Source: Bacteroidota bacterium (GTDB lineage: Bacteria > Bacteroidota > Bacteroidia > JABEUT01). Taken from it: a stretch of DNA of 51,899 nt. This document shows, one piece after another, positions 17,523 to 27,326 of the stretch. Position 1 is the first letter of the stretch, and every line of letters starts with the position of its first letter. Where the stretch lies: positions 533 to 52,431 of the forward strand of contig JABDCH010000003.1 of NCBI GenBank assembly GCA_013288205.1, given 5' to 3'. The notes below the pieces were generated by a model. The model worked only from the letters and a program-made list of their open reading frames with translations, searched no databases and was not told the origin of the DNA. The position numbers and the translations under genes were made by a program.

Positions 17523-18097
17523 TGGCACTGAAGATATATACCAAAACCGGCGACAAAGGCCAGACAGGGCTTTTGGGCGGTACACGTGTGCCCAAGCATC
17601 ATATACGTATTGAAGCCTATGGCACAGTGGATGAATTGAATTCATGGATTGGTTTGTTACGTGACTCTATCTCCCTCGAAAAGCCAATAGCTAATGGCCA
17701 ACAACTAATAGCTATTTTAATAGAAACCCAGGACAGGCTTTTTACCATTGGTTCCTCACTGGCTTCCGACCCGGAGAAATCAAAAGTTAAAATACCTCAT
17801 CTCACCGAAGATGATATCATCCTTTTTGAAAAAGAAATGGATGCTATGGATGCCGTTTTGCCGCCCATGAAAAACTTTGTGCTTCCCGGCGGACATAAGC
17901 TTGTATCGGAATGCCATATTGTCCGCTGTGTATGCCGCAGGGCGGAAAGAAGAGTCAATCATTTGGCTGAAACAGAACCCGTGGATGATTTGGTAATAAA
18001 ATACCTGAACCGCCTTTCTGATTACCTGTTCATGCTCTCGCGTAAGTTGGCCCATGATCTGAATGCCGCTGAAACCCCTTGGAAACCGAGGATGTAA
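17522..18097 (+). CDS. pduO: PduO-type ATP:cob(I)alamin adenosyltransferase
   Basis: KIYTKTGDKG, GTVDELNS, RRAERR and YLNRLSDYLF motifs. Confidence 0.93.
   Translation: MALKIYTKTGDKGQTGLLGGTRVPKHHIRIEAYGTVDELNSWIGLLRDSISLEKPIANGQQLIAILIETQDRLFTIGSSLASDPEKSKVKIPHLTEDDIILFEKEMDAMDAVLPPMKNFVLPGGHKLVSECHIVRCVCRRAERRVNHLAETEPVDDLVIKYLNRLSDYLFMLSRKLAHDLNAAETPWKPRM
17681..17715 (+). repeat. Five degenerate tandem heptamers inside pduO
   Basis: AAGCCAA TAGCTAA TGGCCAA CAACTAA TAGCTAT, encoding KPIANGQQLIAI. Confidence 0.6.
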
Positions 18098-18924
18098 TGA
18101 AGTGTAAACTTTCATTATATATTGGTTCTATTTTATATTTAATAGCTCATAGCTATTGTAATGCGCAACAGCTATATTCCATTCCCCAACAAACTATACA
18201 ACCGGCTAAGATATTAGGCCCTCTTCAGTCACAATTTGGTTCATATGAAGGTAATAACCTTTCGGAATCTTTAACGCTGGATGTGGGAGATTTTCAAATG
18301 AGTAGTCTTGTAACCTGTCAGGAATATAAAGAATATTTGCAGGTCATTAAAAGAGATTCATCACGTAGGTTTTATCTCTCGCAATTGCCCGATTCTACTA
18401 TGTGCTTGCCTGATGTATATAGTAAATACATAGCAGGCAACCAATATGATGAGTATCCTATTATGGCAATAAGCTGGGATGCCGCTATGAATTATTGCAG
18501 ATGGAAAACTATGGAGAACAATAAAGACAGTATAAAATATATCTATAGAATCCCTTCTCTTTTTGAATGGCTCGCTGCATATAGTTATTTGAATAATACT
18601 TCTGTGAAAAACGATCTCAGCAAGAATTATTCTGATTGGCTGCTTAATCCGATTGACGGATTTATTCCTGACAAAAGTTATGGTGGAAGCTATAAGTATC
18701 TTTCCAATAAAAACGAACCAAATGTTCTAAAGAGAAAAATGGTAATCGGAGATTCTTATTTATATAAACTGGGAACGTTATATGACTATTTGACAATTTC
18801 CTATTTCTCTTTTGAAGGAAGCAGGCAAGTCGGTTTTAGATATACAAAAAGGAAAATCGAACGGAAAAAGGGTAATGAACAAAGTGACGACTTATTAATT
18901 TTAAAAGACTGGGGACTAAAGTAA
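18097..18924 (+). CDS. Divergent GldK/GldJ-like (FGE-sulfatase/SUMF1 fold) exported protein
   Basis: VTCQEYKEY, LPDSTM, YDEYPIMAISWDAAMNYCRWKT, YRIPSLFEW and GFRY motifs. The ATG overlaps the pduO stop. Confidence 0.7.
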   Translation: MKCKLSLYIGSILYLIAHSYCNAQQLYSIPQQTIQPAKILGPLQSQFGSYEGNNLSESLTLDVGDFQMSSLVTCQEYKEYLQVIKRDSSRRFYLSQLPDSTMCLPDVYSKYIAGNQYDEYPIMAISWDAAMNYCRWKTMENNKDSIKYIYRIPSLFEWLAAYSYLNNTSVKNDLSKNYSDWLLNPIDGFIPDKSYGGSYKYLSNKNEPNVLKRKMVIGDSYLYKLGTLYDYLTISYFSFEGSRQVGFRYTKRKIERKKGNEQSDDLLILKDWGLK

Positions 18925-19925
18925 TGTTACATAACAAAACATATTGCTTTAAAAATGTAAAACTCCAACTCGTATCTTGGATGATGTTATGGACATCTTC
19001 ATTGCTTTTGGCCCAATCCGATTCCGCTTTTTATAAAAATGATGTATTTAATTGCAAATATCACCTTACAGCAGGAATGCTCAATGGACATTATGTATCT
19101 TACTATAATAATGGAGTAAAAAAGTCAGAAGGCAATTTCCAATACAATACACGGATCGGCGAATGGAGCGTTTGGGATTCAACCGGGAAGCTAAGAACCA
19201 AGCGCATGTATACTAACCCGTATGATTATAAACGAGTATACCCTGAAACTTCTACAGAGGGGCCTGTTCCATTACTAAGTAGCCCTATTTATAAATTACA
19301 TCGGGATAGCAGCGGCGCATGGAAGCGATTTCAACTGGAGTATATTATGTTAAAATACAAGCAAAGAGATTTTAAATGGTTTTATACAAGTCAAACTCAA
19401 TTATTTTTTGATTATAATAGTCTTTATACTATTCTATGCGAAGCAGTTATGAAAAATAATGTATCTGTATATGGCCGTGGCGGTAAAGATGAGGATTATG
19501 TAGATGAGAAACTTGATATTGCAAGCATTGATACCTCAAAAGTAAAACTGGTAGGGTTCAGGATAAAATCAGATTGGCATTTTGACGATAAAAGATTGGA
19601 AGGCGATCCCCGAGTTTTATGGATAACGGTGCTTGTAACCAATAAAAATGACTCGAAAGACACGACCGATTTATTTACTGTATATTATCCTAATCTGCAA
19701 AAAATGTTTGTCAGGGAGAAAATTCTGAATACCATGGCATCACCTTATATTCAAAACCTGGACGATGTTTTCTTCTTCTCTTCGTTTGGCTTTGAAAAGT
19801 ACAGTAAAAAGCTTCGGATAGATAGCCGGTTACAATACACCTATACACCCGGGAATAAAGTTTCCAACGGACTATTGGATGAGGTAGAAACGGAGCATAA
19901 TTTGTGGATATACTTCAATAAATAA
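18924..19925 (+). CDS. Exported protein with MORN-variant repeats and a GldN-like C-terminal domain
   Basis: LNGHYVSYYNNGVKKSEGNF...IGEWSVWDSTG repeats; FRIKSDWHFDDKR...DLFTVYYPNL...LDDVFF resembles GldN/PorN motifs. Confidence 0.55.
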   Translation: MLHNKTYCFKNVKLQLVSWMMLWTSSLLLAQSDSAFYKNDVFNCKYHLTAGMLNGHYVSYYNNGVKKSEGNFQYNTRIGEWSVWDSTGKLRTKRMYTNPYDYKRVYPETSTEGPVPLLSSPIYKLHRDSSGAWKRFQLEYIMLKYKQRDFKWFYTSQTQLFFDYNSLYTILCEAVMKNNVSVYGRGGKDEDYVDEKLDIASIDTSKVKLVGFRIKSDWHFDDKRLEGDPRVLWITVLVTNKNDSKDTTDLFTVYYPNLQKMFVREKILNTMASPYIQNLDDVFFFSSFGFEKYSKKLRIDSRLQYTYTPGNKVSNGLLDEVETEHNLWIYFNK

Positions 19926-19998
19926 GCTAACGATAGGCAACCAGAGCCCTAAAAATGGCTTATTTTTTATTAAAATGCCTCTGTTTTCACTAAAACCA

Positions 19999-20006
19999 TA
20001 TATTTG
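19999..20006 (+). promoter_or_regulatory. -7 box TATATTTG
   Basis: Exact match upstream of 20027. Confidence 0.65.
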
Positions 20007-20026
20007 CAGCCTTTAACTAAAAAAAC

Positions 20027-22141
20027 ATGAGCGCTTTAGAAGCAATACGTAAACGGGCAAAATTATTGGTAATCATTATCGGTGCATCCTTGCTGATATT
20101 TGTGTTGGAAGATGCACTTACCTCCGGTAAGTTCTTCTTTGGCGGCGGCGATAATATAATAGCAGAGGTGAATGGTAAAAAGATAGACTATACCAAGTTC
20201 AGGCCTATTGCCGAAAATGCCGTTGCAAAACAAAAGGCTAGCATGGGTGCCGAAGCTTTAAGGGATTCAGACGAAACCGCCATTATCCAGAATGCTTTCC
20301 GCGACATGGTTTCTCAAATGATATTAGACCCTCAATGCGCAAAACTGGGTATCAATGTGCCTGATAGCGAATTATCTAATTTAATGATTGGTTCCAATCC
20401 GGCTCCTGAAGTGTATAGGCTTTTCAGTGATGGGAAAGGACGCATTGCAAAACAATTCCAGGACCCGAGGACTGGCGGTCTTAATATGGCCACGGTTATA
20501 AGGTATGTTAAACAAATGAATGAACAGGATTTGGCAAGATGGGAAATGATAGAAGACAGGGTAAGAACCCAAACCTTGCAATCGAAATACTTCTTTTTAC
20601 TTGTTAACGGGTATTTTGTGCCCGATGCAATGGCTAAACTCGACAACGATGATGCCAGCAAAACCTACAATATCAGCTATGTGCTGAAACGCTACACCGA
20701 TATGCCTGATAACAGTGTTACAGTGACCGACCAGGACATTCAGGATTATTATAACAATCATACTTACCAATATAATAGACAACAAGAATCGCGCAAGGTA
20801 GATTATGTAACCTTTACCGTAAATCCTACCGATAGTGATATGATAAGTATTCAACGTGACGTTGATACGATGTACAGCAATTTCAAGCGCTTGAAATCGA
20901 ATGAAGATTCAAGTTTCATAGTAGCTACCGATGCACAAGTATTCGATTACCGTTATCATAAGTCATCGGAATTACCTGTTTCGATAGATTCAGTAATGAT
21001 GCATTCTGAAATAGGAACCGTATACGGACCCTATAAAGAAGACGGTAAATATAAAATGGCGAAACTATTGGATGTGGCGGACCTTCCGGATTCCATAAAG
21101 TACAGCCAAATATACATTCCGGCTCCGAGCGGAGATTTGGATAAAGTGAAGCCTTTTGCCGATAGTATTAAATCTATTGCTAACAAGGACAACTTTGCTG
21201 AACTAGCCAAAACCAATTCGAAAGACCAGGAATCAGCGGAAAAAGGCGGCGATATGGGATGGATTACCCGTGCCCAACTTGGCAATCCCGACCTGGAACA
21301 TAAACTGTTTTTTGGCGAAACAGGAAATGTAATTGAGCTACCTGTTCAAAGCGGTTACTTCATTCTGTGTGTTACCGACGAAACTAAACGTATCAAAACC
21401 TATAAAATAGGTATTGCTATGAAGAATATCCAACCGAGCAACGCTACCCAACAAAAGGTATATGCTGAAGCAAGTGACTTTGAAGGTAAAAATCATACCT
21501 CCGACGCATTTGAAAAAGCGACTGCCCAAATGAATCGTCGTGTAGTGGATATCGGCGAAAACGATAATACGGTTGAAGGTATACCATCAGCTAAAGAATT
21601 TGTAAGATGGGCCTACGATAGGAAAGATGGAGATGTTTCGGATGTAATAAGTGCGGGCGATAATAAATATGTTGTTGCACACTTGATACATGTAATTAAA
21701 AAAGGCGCTATTCCGCTGGAGCAGTTGAAGGATGAAGTAAAAGCAAAAGTAATAGAAGATAAAAAAGCTGAAAAGATGACGGCCGATATGAAGGCAGCTC
21801 TTTCCGGCGGCTTAGCTTCAGTAGCTCAAAAAGTAGGAGGCAGTGTGGCAACCGCACAAGGTCTTACATTTAATTCGAATAACATACCGACTTTAGGCAA
21901 GGAAGATGCCGTTATAGGAACCATGAGCGCCCTCAATAACGGTGCCGTTTCACAACCTGTACAAGGTGCCTTGGGAGTATATGTAATTAAAGTAGACAGC
22001 ACTTATTACACAGATAAATCAGATTATCATATAGCTCAAATGCGAGAAGAAGAGGCTATGAAAAGCAGTATTCCGAGTGAAGCGTATGACGCACTTATGA
22101 AGAAGGCTGACTTTGTTAGCCACTTCGGCAGGTATTACTAA
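20027..22141 (+). CDS. Membrane-anchored periplasmic chaperone/peptidyl-prolyl isomerase (PpiD-like: SurA-N plus rotamase)
   Basis: N-terminal TM helix, SurA-like region and FAELAKTNSKDQESAEKGGDMGW parvulin motif. Confidence 0.9.
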   Translation: MSALEAIRKRAKLLVIIIGASLLIFVLEDALTSGKFFFGGGDNIIAEVNGKKIDYTKFRPIAENAVAKQKASMGAEALRDSDETAIIQNAFRDMVSQMILDPQCAKLGINVPDSELSNLMIGSNPAPEVYRLFSDGKGRIAKQFQDPRTGGLNMATVIRYVKQMNEQDLARWEMIEDRVRTQTLQSKYFFLLVNGYFVPDAMAKLDNDDASKTYNISYVLKRYTDMPDNSVTVTDQDIQDYYNNHTYQYNRQQESRKVDYVTFTVNPTDSDMISIQRDVDTMYSNFKRLKSNEDSSFIVATDAQVFDYRYHKSSELPVSIDSVMMHSEIGTVYGPYKEDGKYKMAKLLDVADLPDSIKYSQIYIPAPSGDLDKVKPFADSIKSIANKDNFAELAKTNSKDQESAEKGGDMGWITRAQLGNPDLEHKLFFGETGNVIELPVQSGYFILCVTDETKRIKTYKIGIAMKNIQPSNATQQKVYAEASDFEGKNHTSDAFEKATAQMNRRVVDIGENDNTVEGIPSAKEFVRWAYDRKDGDVSDVISAGDNKYVVAHLIHVIKKGAIPLEQLKDEVKAKVIEDKKAEKMTADMKAALSGGLASVAQKVGGSVATAQGLTFNSNNIPTLGKEDAVIGTMSALNNGAVSQPVQGALGVYVIKVDSTYYTDKSDYHIAQMREEEAMKSSIPSEAYDALMKKADFVSHFGRYY

Positions 22142-22223
22142 TAAACGTTAGTAAGCGGAAAATTTCTTAGTATTGCTATGGTAATACGAACAGATTTATC
22201 TGCAAATTTTTAAAATAGTTCCA

Positions 22224-22883
22224 ATGGAAATGAAATATAACACGGCCCAGCCACACCTGATTATTTCGGAATATGGCAGGCACGTGCAAGACATGGCTCT
22301 TCACTTGCTCACCATAAAAGACAGGAAAGAGCGCACCAGGGCAACCGAAGCGGTTATTCAAACGATGACCCAGGTGCATCCTTATTCGAAAGATAGTGAG
22401 GAATTACGACGCAAATTGTGGGATCACCTGCATGTAATTACCGGTTTTAAGCTGGAGGTAGACAGCCCTTATGAAAAACCTACGCCAGAATCTTTCAAGG
22501 CAAAGCCCGAAAGGCTTAAATATCCCAGCATCAATATTCGCCATAAGCATTATGGCAAGATAGCGGATGAAATGATAAAGAAAGCGGCTGACATGGAGGA
22601 TAACCAGGAAAGAGATGTCCTTATCGCCACCATTGCTGCACTTATGAAAAGGAGCTTTATGACCTGGAATAAATGCACGGTTGACGATAATACTATCATC
22701 AAGGATTTAAGAGAAATATCAAAGGGCAAGCTGATACTGAAGGATGTCTCATCCCTGGCCCATGTGCATGTTCAGTTGAACGTTAATCCTAATATGAACA
22801 AACAGCGGGGCAAGTTCAATAATAACAATAAGCAAAAGAACCGTAAGAAAAATAAAAACAAGAACAGGAATGGCGGTTTTTGA
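22224..22883 (+). CDS. DUF4290 family protein
   Basis: MKYNT...LIISEYGRHVQDM, KLWDHL, HYGK and a K/N-rich tail; usual position upstream of murA in Bacteroidota. Confidence 0.85.
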   Translation: MEMKYNTAQPHLIISEYGRHVQDMALHLLTIKDRKERTRATEAVIQTMTQVHPYSKDSEELRRKLWDHLHVITGFKLEVDSPYEKPTPESFKAKPERLKYPSINIRHKHYGKIADEMIKKAADMEDNQERDVLIATIAALMKRSFMTWNKCTVDDNTIIKDLREISKGKLILKDVSSLAHVHVQLNVNPNMNKQRGKFNNNNKQKNRKKNKNKNRNGGF

Positions 22884-24177
22884 GATAACAGGCGGTAAGC
22901 GCCTGAAAGGAGAAATTACTCCACAGGGCGCTAAAAATGAGGCTTTACAGATTATTTCCGCTGTATTGCTTACTTCAGGAAAAGTAACCATCCATAATAT
23001 TCCTGATATTATCGATGTAAACAACCTGATTGCTCTTTTAAAGGATTTGGGCGTTAAGGTTGAGAAACTATCTGCTGATTCCTATTCCTTCCAGGCTGAT
23101 GAAATTGATTTGAAAGTATTGGCCTCTGAGGCTTTCCAAAAAAAGAGTTCTTCACTTCGGGGTTCCATCATGATGGTAGGTCCCTTGCTTTCGCGTTTTG
23201 GCAAAGCATACATTAGCCGCCCCGGTGGTGATAAAATTGGCAGAAGAAGGCTTGATACACACTTTATAGGTTTTGAAAAATTAGGAGCCAAATTCGGATA
23301 TGAAGAAGATACCAACCTCTTCCATGTACATGCTGATAAGGGGTTAAAAGGTACCTATATGCTGCTCGACGAGGCCTCCGTTACAGGAACTGCCAACATT
23401 GCTATGGCAGCAACCATGGCAAAAGGAAGAACTACTATTTATAATGCAGCTTGCGAACCTTACCTGCAACAGCTTTGCAAAATGCTTAATCGCATGGGTG
23501 CCCAAATCACAGGCATCGGTTCAAACTTATTGCATATTGACGGGGTGGAAAGTCTCACCGGTTGCACACACACTATCCTTCCCGACATGATTGAAATAGG
23601 CAGTTTTATTGGCCTGGCTGCGATGACTCAATCAGACATCACCATTAAAAATGTAGCATACGATGAGTTAGGGATTATACCCAATGTATTCCAACGGTTG
23701 GGTATTCATTTAAAAAGGAAAGACGATGACATCCATGTTCCCACCCAGGAACATTATGAGATAGATACCTTTCTGGATGGTTCCATATTAACTATTGCAG
23801 ATGCCATTTGGCCCGGGCTTACACCTGACTTATTAAGTGTTTGCCTCGTGGTGGCTACACAAGCAAAAGGCAGTGTGCTTATCCACCAGAAAATGTTTGA
23901 GAGCCGCTTATTCTTTGTAGATAAACTGATTGATATGGGCGCCCAGATTATCCTCTGCGATCCCCACCGTGCGACGGTTATTGGTATGAACCATGAACAT
24001 AAATTAAAAGGTATTTCCATGACCTCGCCCGATATACGGGCAGGGGTAGCGCTTTTGATTGCAGCCCTTTCGGCACAAGGCAAAAGCACCATTCATAATA
24101 TTGAACAAATTGACCGGGGCTACCAGAACATTGATACCCGTTTGCGTAGCCTTGGCGCTGAAATTGTAAGAAAATAA
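22870..24177 (+). CDS. murA: UDP-N-acetylglucosamine 1-carboxyvinyltransferase
   Basis: GAKNEAL, PGGDKIGRRRLDTH (Asp instead of Cys at the fosfomycin-target site), SPDIRAG and IDRGY motifs. Confidence 0.97.
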   Translation: MAVFEITGGKRLKGEITPQGAKNEALQIISAVLLTSGKVTIHNIPDIIDVNNLIALLKDLGVKVEKLSADSYSFQADEIDLKVLASEAFQKKSSSLRGSIMMVGPLLSRFGKAYISRPGGDKIGRRRLDTHFIGFEKLGAKFGYEEDTNLFHVHADKGLKGTYMLLDEASVTGTANIAMAATMAKGRTTIYNAACEPYLQQLCKMLNRMGAQITGIGSNLLHIDGVESLTGCTHTILPDMIEIGSFIGLAAMTQSDITIKNVAYDELGIIPNVFQRLGIHLKRKDDDIHVPTQEHYEIDTFLDGSILTIADAIWPGLTPDLLSVCLVVATQAKGSVLIHQKMFESRLFFVDKLIDMGAQIILCDPHRATVIGMNHEHKLKGISMTSPDIRAGVALLIAALSAQGKSTIHNIEQIDRGYQNIDTRLRSLGAEIVRK

Positions 24178-24206
24178 CTTATATTTGCTTTTCAAAACAA
24201 ATTAAC

Positions 24207-24752
24207 ATGAAACGTATTAACCTCGTATTATTAGGACTTGTACTTGCCCTTGGCTTGGTTGCATTTACTAAGATTGAATCTTCACAACAACCTTCGGGAA
24301 ACGTAGTCGGTATCAATATTGGTAATGTTGCCCCTGATTTGAAGTTTAACAATCCTGCCGGCCAACAATTAGACCTTTATTCTAACCGTGGATATTATGT
24401 GCTGGTAGATTTTTGGGCATCGTGGTGCGGACCATGCAGGGGAGAAAATCCGAACGTGGTTGCTACCTATAAAAAATATAGTGCTATGAAGTTTAAAGGC
24501 GCTAAAGGCTTTAAAATATTCAGCGTATCGCTCGACCAAAATCCTGCCGCATGGAAGGCAGCTATTCAACAAGATGGATTAGTATGGCCCGACCATGTTA
24601 GCGATTTGAAGGGATGGGGTTCCGATGCTGCACACCTGTATGATGTGGAATCTATACCCACTAATTTCCTGCTCGACCCTAATGGCGTAATCATCGCTCA
24701 CGGATTACGTGGCGAAGCTTTAGGCAGCGAGCTTTCTACATTGGTTAAGTAA
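24207..24752 (+). CDS. TlpA-family thiol:disulfide oxidoreductase
   Basis: VDFWASWCGPCR motif and signal peptide. Confidence 0.92.
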   Translation: MKRINLVLLGLVLALGLVAFTKIESSQQPSGNVVGINIGNVAPDLKFNNPAGQQLDLYSNRGYYVLVDFWASWCGPCRGENPNVVATYKKYSAMKFKGAKGFKIFSVSLDQNPAAWKAAIQQDGLVWPDHVSDLKGWGSDAAHLYDVESIPTNFLLDPNGVIIAHGLRGEALGSELSTLVK

Positions 24753-24773
24753 AAATTATTGGCACCCCTGTTC

Positions 24774-25226
24774 TTATTTCATCCTCATAAAGGCAATGAG
24801 GTCGGTAACCGGCATTTGTGGTAGCTTACCTTTCATTCTTTCTACAATCTGTCCACGGTGGTATGTGCTGTGATTGAACATGTGCGATAGAATTTGGGCT
24901 GACGTATTCGTAAATTTTTGGCCTTTGGTATTCTTATACTCTATGTCTTTTTTTAATGAATCATCCGTAAGTTGAGTTATAAAAGGAGAAAGTATCTTGT
25001 TGTTCACTGTATACATTTCCTTGCATTGATCCAATGTTTTTTTTGCCCATACCGGCGGGTCTGTAATGCCTGCAATGCGCGAATACCAAACCATTTGAAC
25101 CAGCAGCACGTGTGCCATTATGTCCAGTGATTTTTCGTCCGTTTCTTGTAATTGAGTAAGGGCATCTAATATTTGCCCATTAGCCCACTTTTCATATTCG
25201 AATAAGGTTGTTATGTGTTTTTTCAT
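24774..25226 (-). CDS. DinB family protein
   Basis: YEKWAN, AHVL and HMFNHSTYHRGQI motifs. Confidence 0.9.
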   Translation of the reverse strand: MKKHITTLFEYEKWANGQILDALTQLQETDEKSLDIMAHVLLVQMVWYSRIAGITDPPVWAKKTLDQCKEMYTVNNKILSPFITQLTDDSLKKDIEYKNTKGQKFTNTSAQILSHMFNHSTYHRGQIVERMKGKLPQMPVTDLIAFMRMK

Positions 25227-25306
25227 ATTATATATGTGGAATTACAAACTTATGAAAAAGAATAAATAGTTTAAAAGGTAAGCCTTAACAACTATCTTTG
25301 CTATGG

Positions 25307-26203
25307 ATGGAACCTAATATCAACGACATAAAACAAGGAGACCGGAAGGCGCTTGCAAGGGCCATAACCGTGGTAGAAAATGAGATACCGGGTTATGAGC
25401 AGATTTTATTGGGACTTAAGCAAGAGAAATATGTTCCTGTAATTGGTATCACTGGCCCTCCGGGTGCCGGAAAAAGTACCCTTGTCAATAGTCTTATTCA
25501 TGTTTTGTTAAAAAAATCGGCGCAAAATATTGGTGTTATAAGTGTCGACCCAAGTTCTCCTTTGCATAATGGGGCAATTCTGGGTGACCGTCTTCGCATG
25601 AACGAGCATTTTAATAATCAGCAGGTATTTATCCGTTCATTAGCTACACGAGGCGCATTGGGTGGCTTATCTGCCAAAGCTATCGAAGTTACCGAACTGA
25701 TGCGTAGTGCAGGGTTCGATTATGTATTAGTTGAAACGGCAGGGGTGGGTCAGTCGGAAGTAGAAATTGCGGCGTTAGCCGATATAACCCTGCTTGTGCT
25801 AACCCCCGAAGCAGGTGATGAAATACAAGCCATGAAATCGGGCATTATGGAAATAGCCGACATTTTTGTAGTGAATAAGGCCGATAGGGAAGGGGCCGAT
25901 GAGTTTTCCAAGAATCTTTATCAGACAATGCCATTTAAGGGTGGGAAAAATTCAGATATTGAAGTTATCAAGACAATCGCATCGCAACATGAGGGTGTAG
26001 ATAAATTAATTGAGGTTATAAATAGACACTTACAACATAAACCGGTTTCTGCCCAAACTGAATTATGGGCCGAGAAGGCTTACCGTCTTATTCTTAAAAG
26101 AAGAATGCAAGACGTTAGCAAAGAGAAACTGAAACAGCAAATAGAAGAAGAACTAAAAAAGGATACAAGTTTTAATATATATGGCTTTAGCAGTAGATAT
26201 TGA
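25307..26203 (+). CDS. meaB: Methylmalonyl-CoA mutase-associated GTPase MeaB
   Basis: GITGPPGAGKST, DPSSP, GDRLRM, ETAGVGQSE and NKAD motifs. Confidence 0.93.
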   Translation: MEPNINDIKQGDRKALARAITVVENEIPGYEQILLGLKQEKYVPVIGITGPPGAGKSTLVNSLIHVLLKKSAQNIGVISVDPSSPLHNGAILGDRLRMNEHFNNQQVFIRSLATRGALGGLSAKAIEVTELMRSAGFDYVLVETAGVGQSEVEIAALADITLLVLTPEAGDEIQAMKSGIMEIADIFVVNKADREGADEFSKNLYQTMPFKGGKNSDIEVIKTIASQHEGVDKLIEVINRHLQHKPVSAQTELWAEKAYRLILKRRMQDVSKEKLKQQIEEELKKDTSFNIYGFSSRY

Positions 26204-26786
26204 TACAAAGAAGGAAATTATCATAAAGAATATTTCCCGCTACATTACCTTAAATGATGAAGAGCGTGAATATTTTGAAAGTATTCTGCATTACCGCAAA
26301 CTTGCCAAGGGAAAGGTCCTTTTACATTATGGCGAAATAGCCCAAAGCCAATATTTTGTTATCAGTGGATGCCTGCGCAATTATTCCATGGACGAAGATG
26401 GCAAGGAACACATTATTACGTTTGCTATTGCCGATTGGTGGATTTCGGATTTGTACAGCTATATAACCGAAACTCCTGCCGAACAGATTCTGGATGCGCT
26501 CATCCCAACAGAAGTTTTTGAAATATGTAAAAAAGATATGGAAGAGGTATATGTTCGTATTCCTAAATTCGAACGGTTCTTCCGGATATTATTCCAGAAC
26601 TCCATGGTAAACCAGATGCGTCGCATACGCCAGGTTATGTCGGTTCCGGCAGAAGAACGCTACAAAATATTTATTAAACAATATCCCAATATTTTCCGGG
26701 AAATACCCTTGAAGTACATTGCCTCCTACCTCGGCATTTCCCCCGAGTTTCTGAGTAAAATACGAAATAAGATTGCTCACACATAA
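26181..26786 (+). CDS. Crp/Fnr family transcriptional regulator
   Basis: cNMP-binding domain and C-terminal HTH IASYLGISPEFLSKIR. Confidence 0.92.
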   Translation: MALAVDIDTKKEIIIKNISRYITLNDEEREYFESILHYRKLAKGKVLLHYGEIAQSQYFVISGCLRNYSMDEDGKEHIITFAIADWWISDLYSYITETPAEQILDALIPTEVFEICKKDMEEVYVRIPKFERFFRILFQNSMVNQMRRIRQVMSVPAEERYKIFIKQYPNIFREIPLKYIASYLGISPEFLSKIRNKIAHT

Positions 26787-26792
26787 TGATTT

Positions 26793-26808
26793 CTTAATGT
26801 AGTTCAAG
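26793..26808. promoter_or_regulatory. FNR/CRP-like imperfect palindrome CTTAA-N6-TCAAG
   Basis: Lies just after the regulator stop and about 20 nt upstream of the -7 box TAGTTTTG (26830-26837) of doxX-yceI. Confidence 0.5.
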
Positions 26809-26860
26809 TTGAAAACAAGGAATCCACTGTAGTTTTGCACCCTCAAATTAAGTTAATACA

Positions 26861-27304
26861 ATGTTTAAACAAATTATAAATACCAAATCATTAATCGGTC
26901 CAACCATTACACGTATAGTATTAGGTTGCGTACTATTTCCACACGGAGCTCAAAAGATGCTCGGTTGGTTTGGCGGAGGCGGCTTCACTAACACGATGAA
27001 CTATTTTACCGGTGCCGGACATATGTCCTATATAACTGCACTCTTTGTAATACTCATCGAATTTTTTGGTTCACTCATGCTAATCCTCGGAGCTTTGACA
27101 CGTATTGCTGCATTGGGCGTTTTCGGGCTTTTTGCAGGCATCATCTACAACGTATCCTATGCTAATGGTTTCTTTATGAACTGGGCTGGCGACAAAAAGG
27201 GAGAGGGATTCGAATACCATCTTCTCGTATTAGGTATGGCACTTGCATTGTTATTTGTTGGAGGAGGAAGCTTCTCTATCGATCGTAAATTTTCATCTAA
27301 ATAA
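26861..27304 (+). CDS. DoxX family membrane protein
   Basis: HGAQKMLGWFGG, IEFFG, LGALTR and GEGFEYHLL motifs. Confidence 0.92.
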   Translation: MFKQIINTKSLIGPTITRIVLGCVLFPHGAQKMLGWFGGGGFTNTMNYFTGAGHMSYITALFVILIEFFGSLMLILGALTRIAALGVFGLFAGIIYNVSYANGFFMNWAGDKKGEGFEYHLLVLGMALALLFVGGGSFSIDRKFSSK

Positions 27305-27326
27305 TTAATCCTTAAATTTTAAAAAA

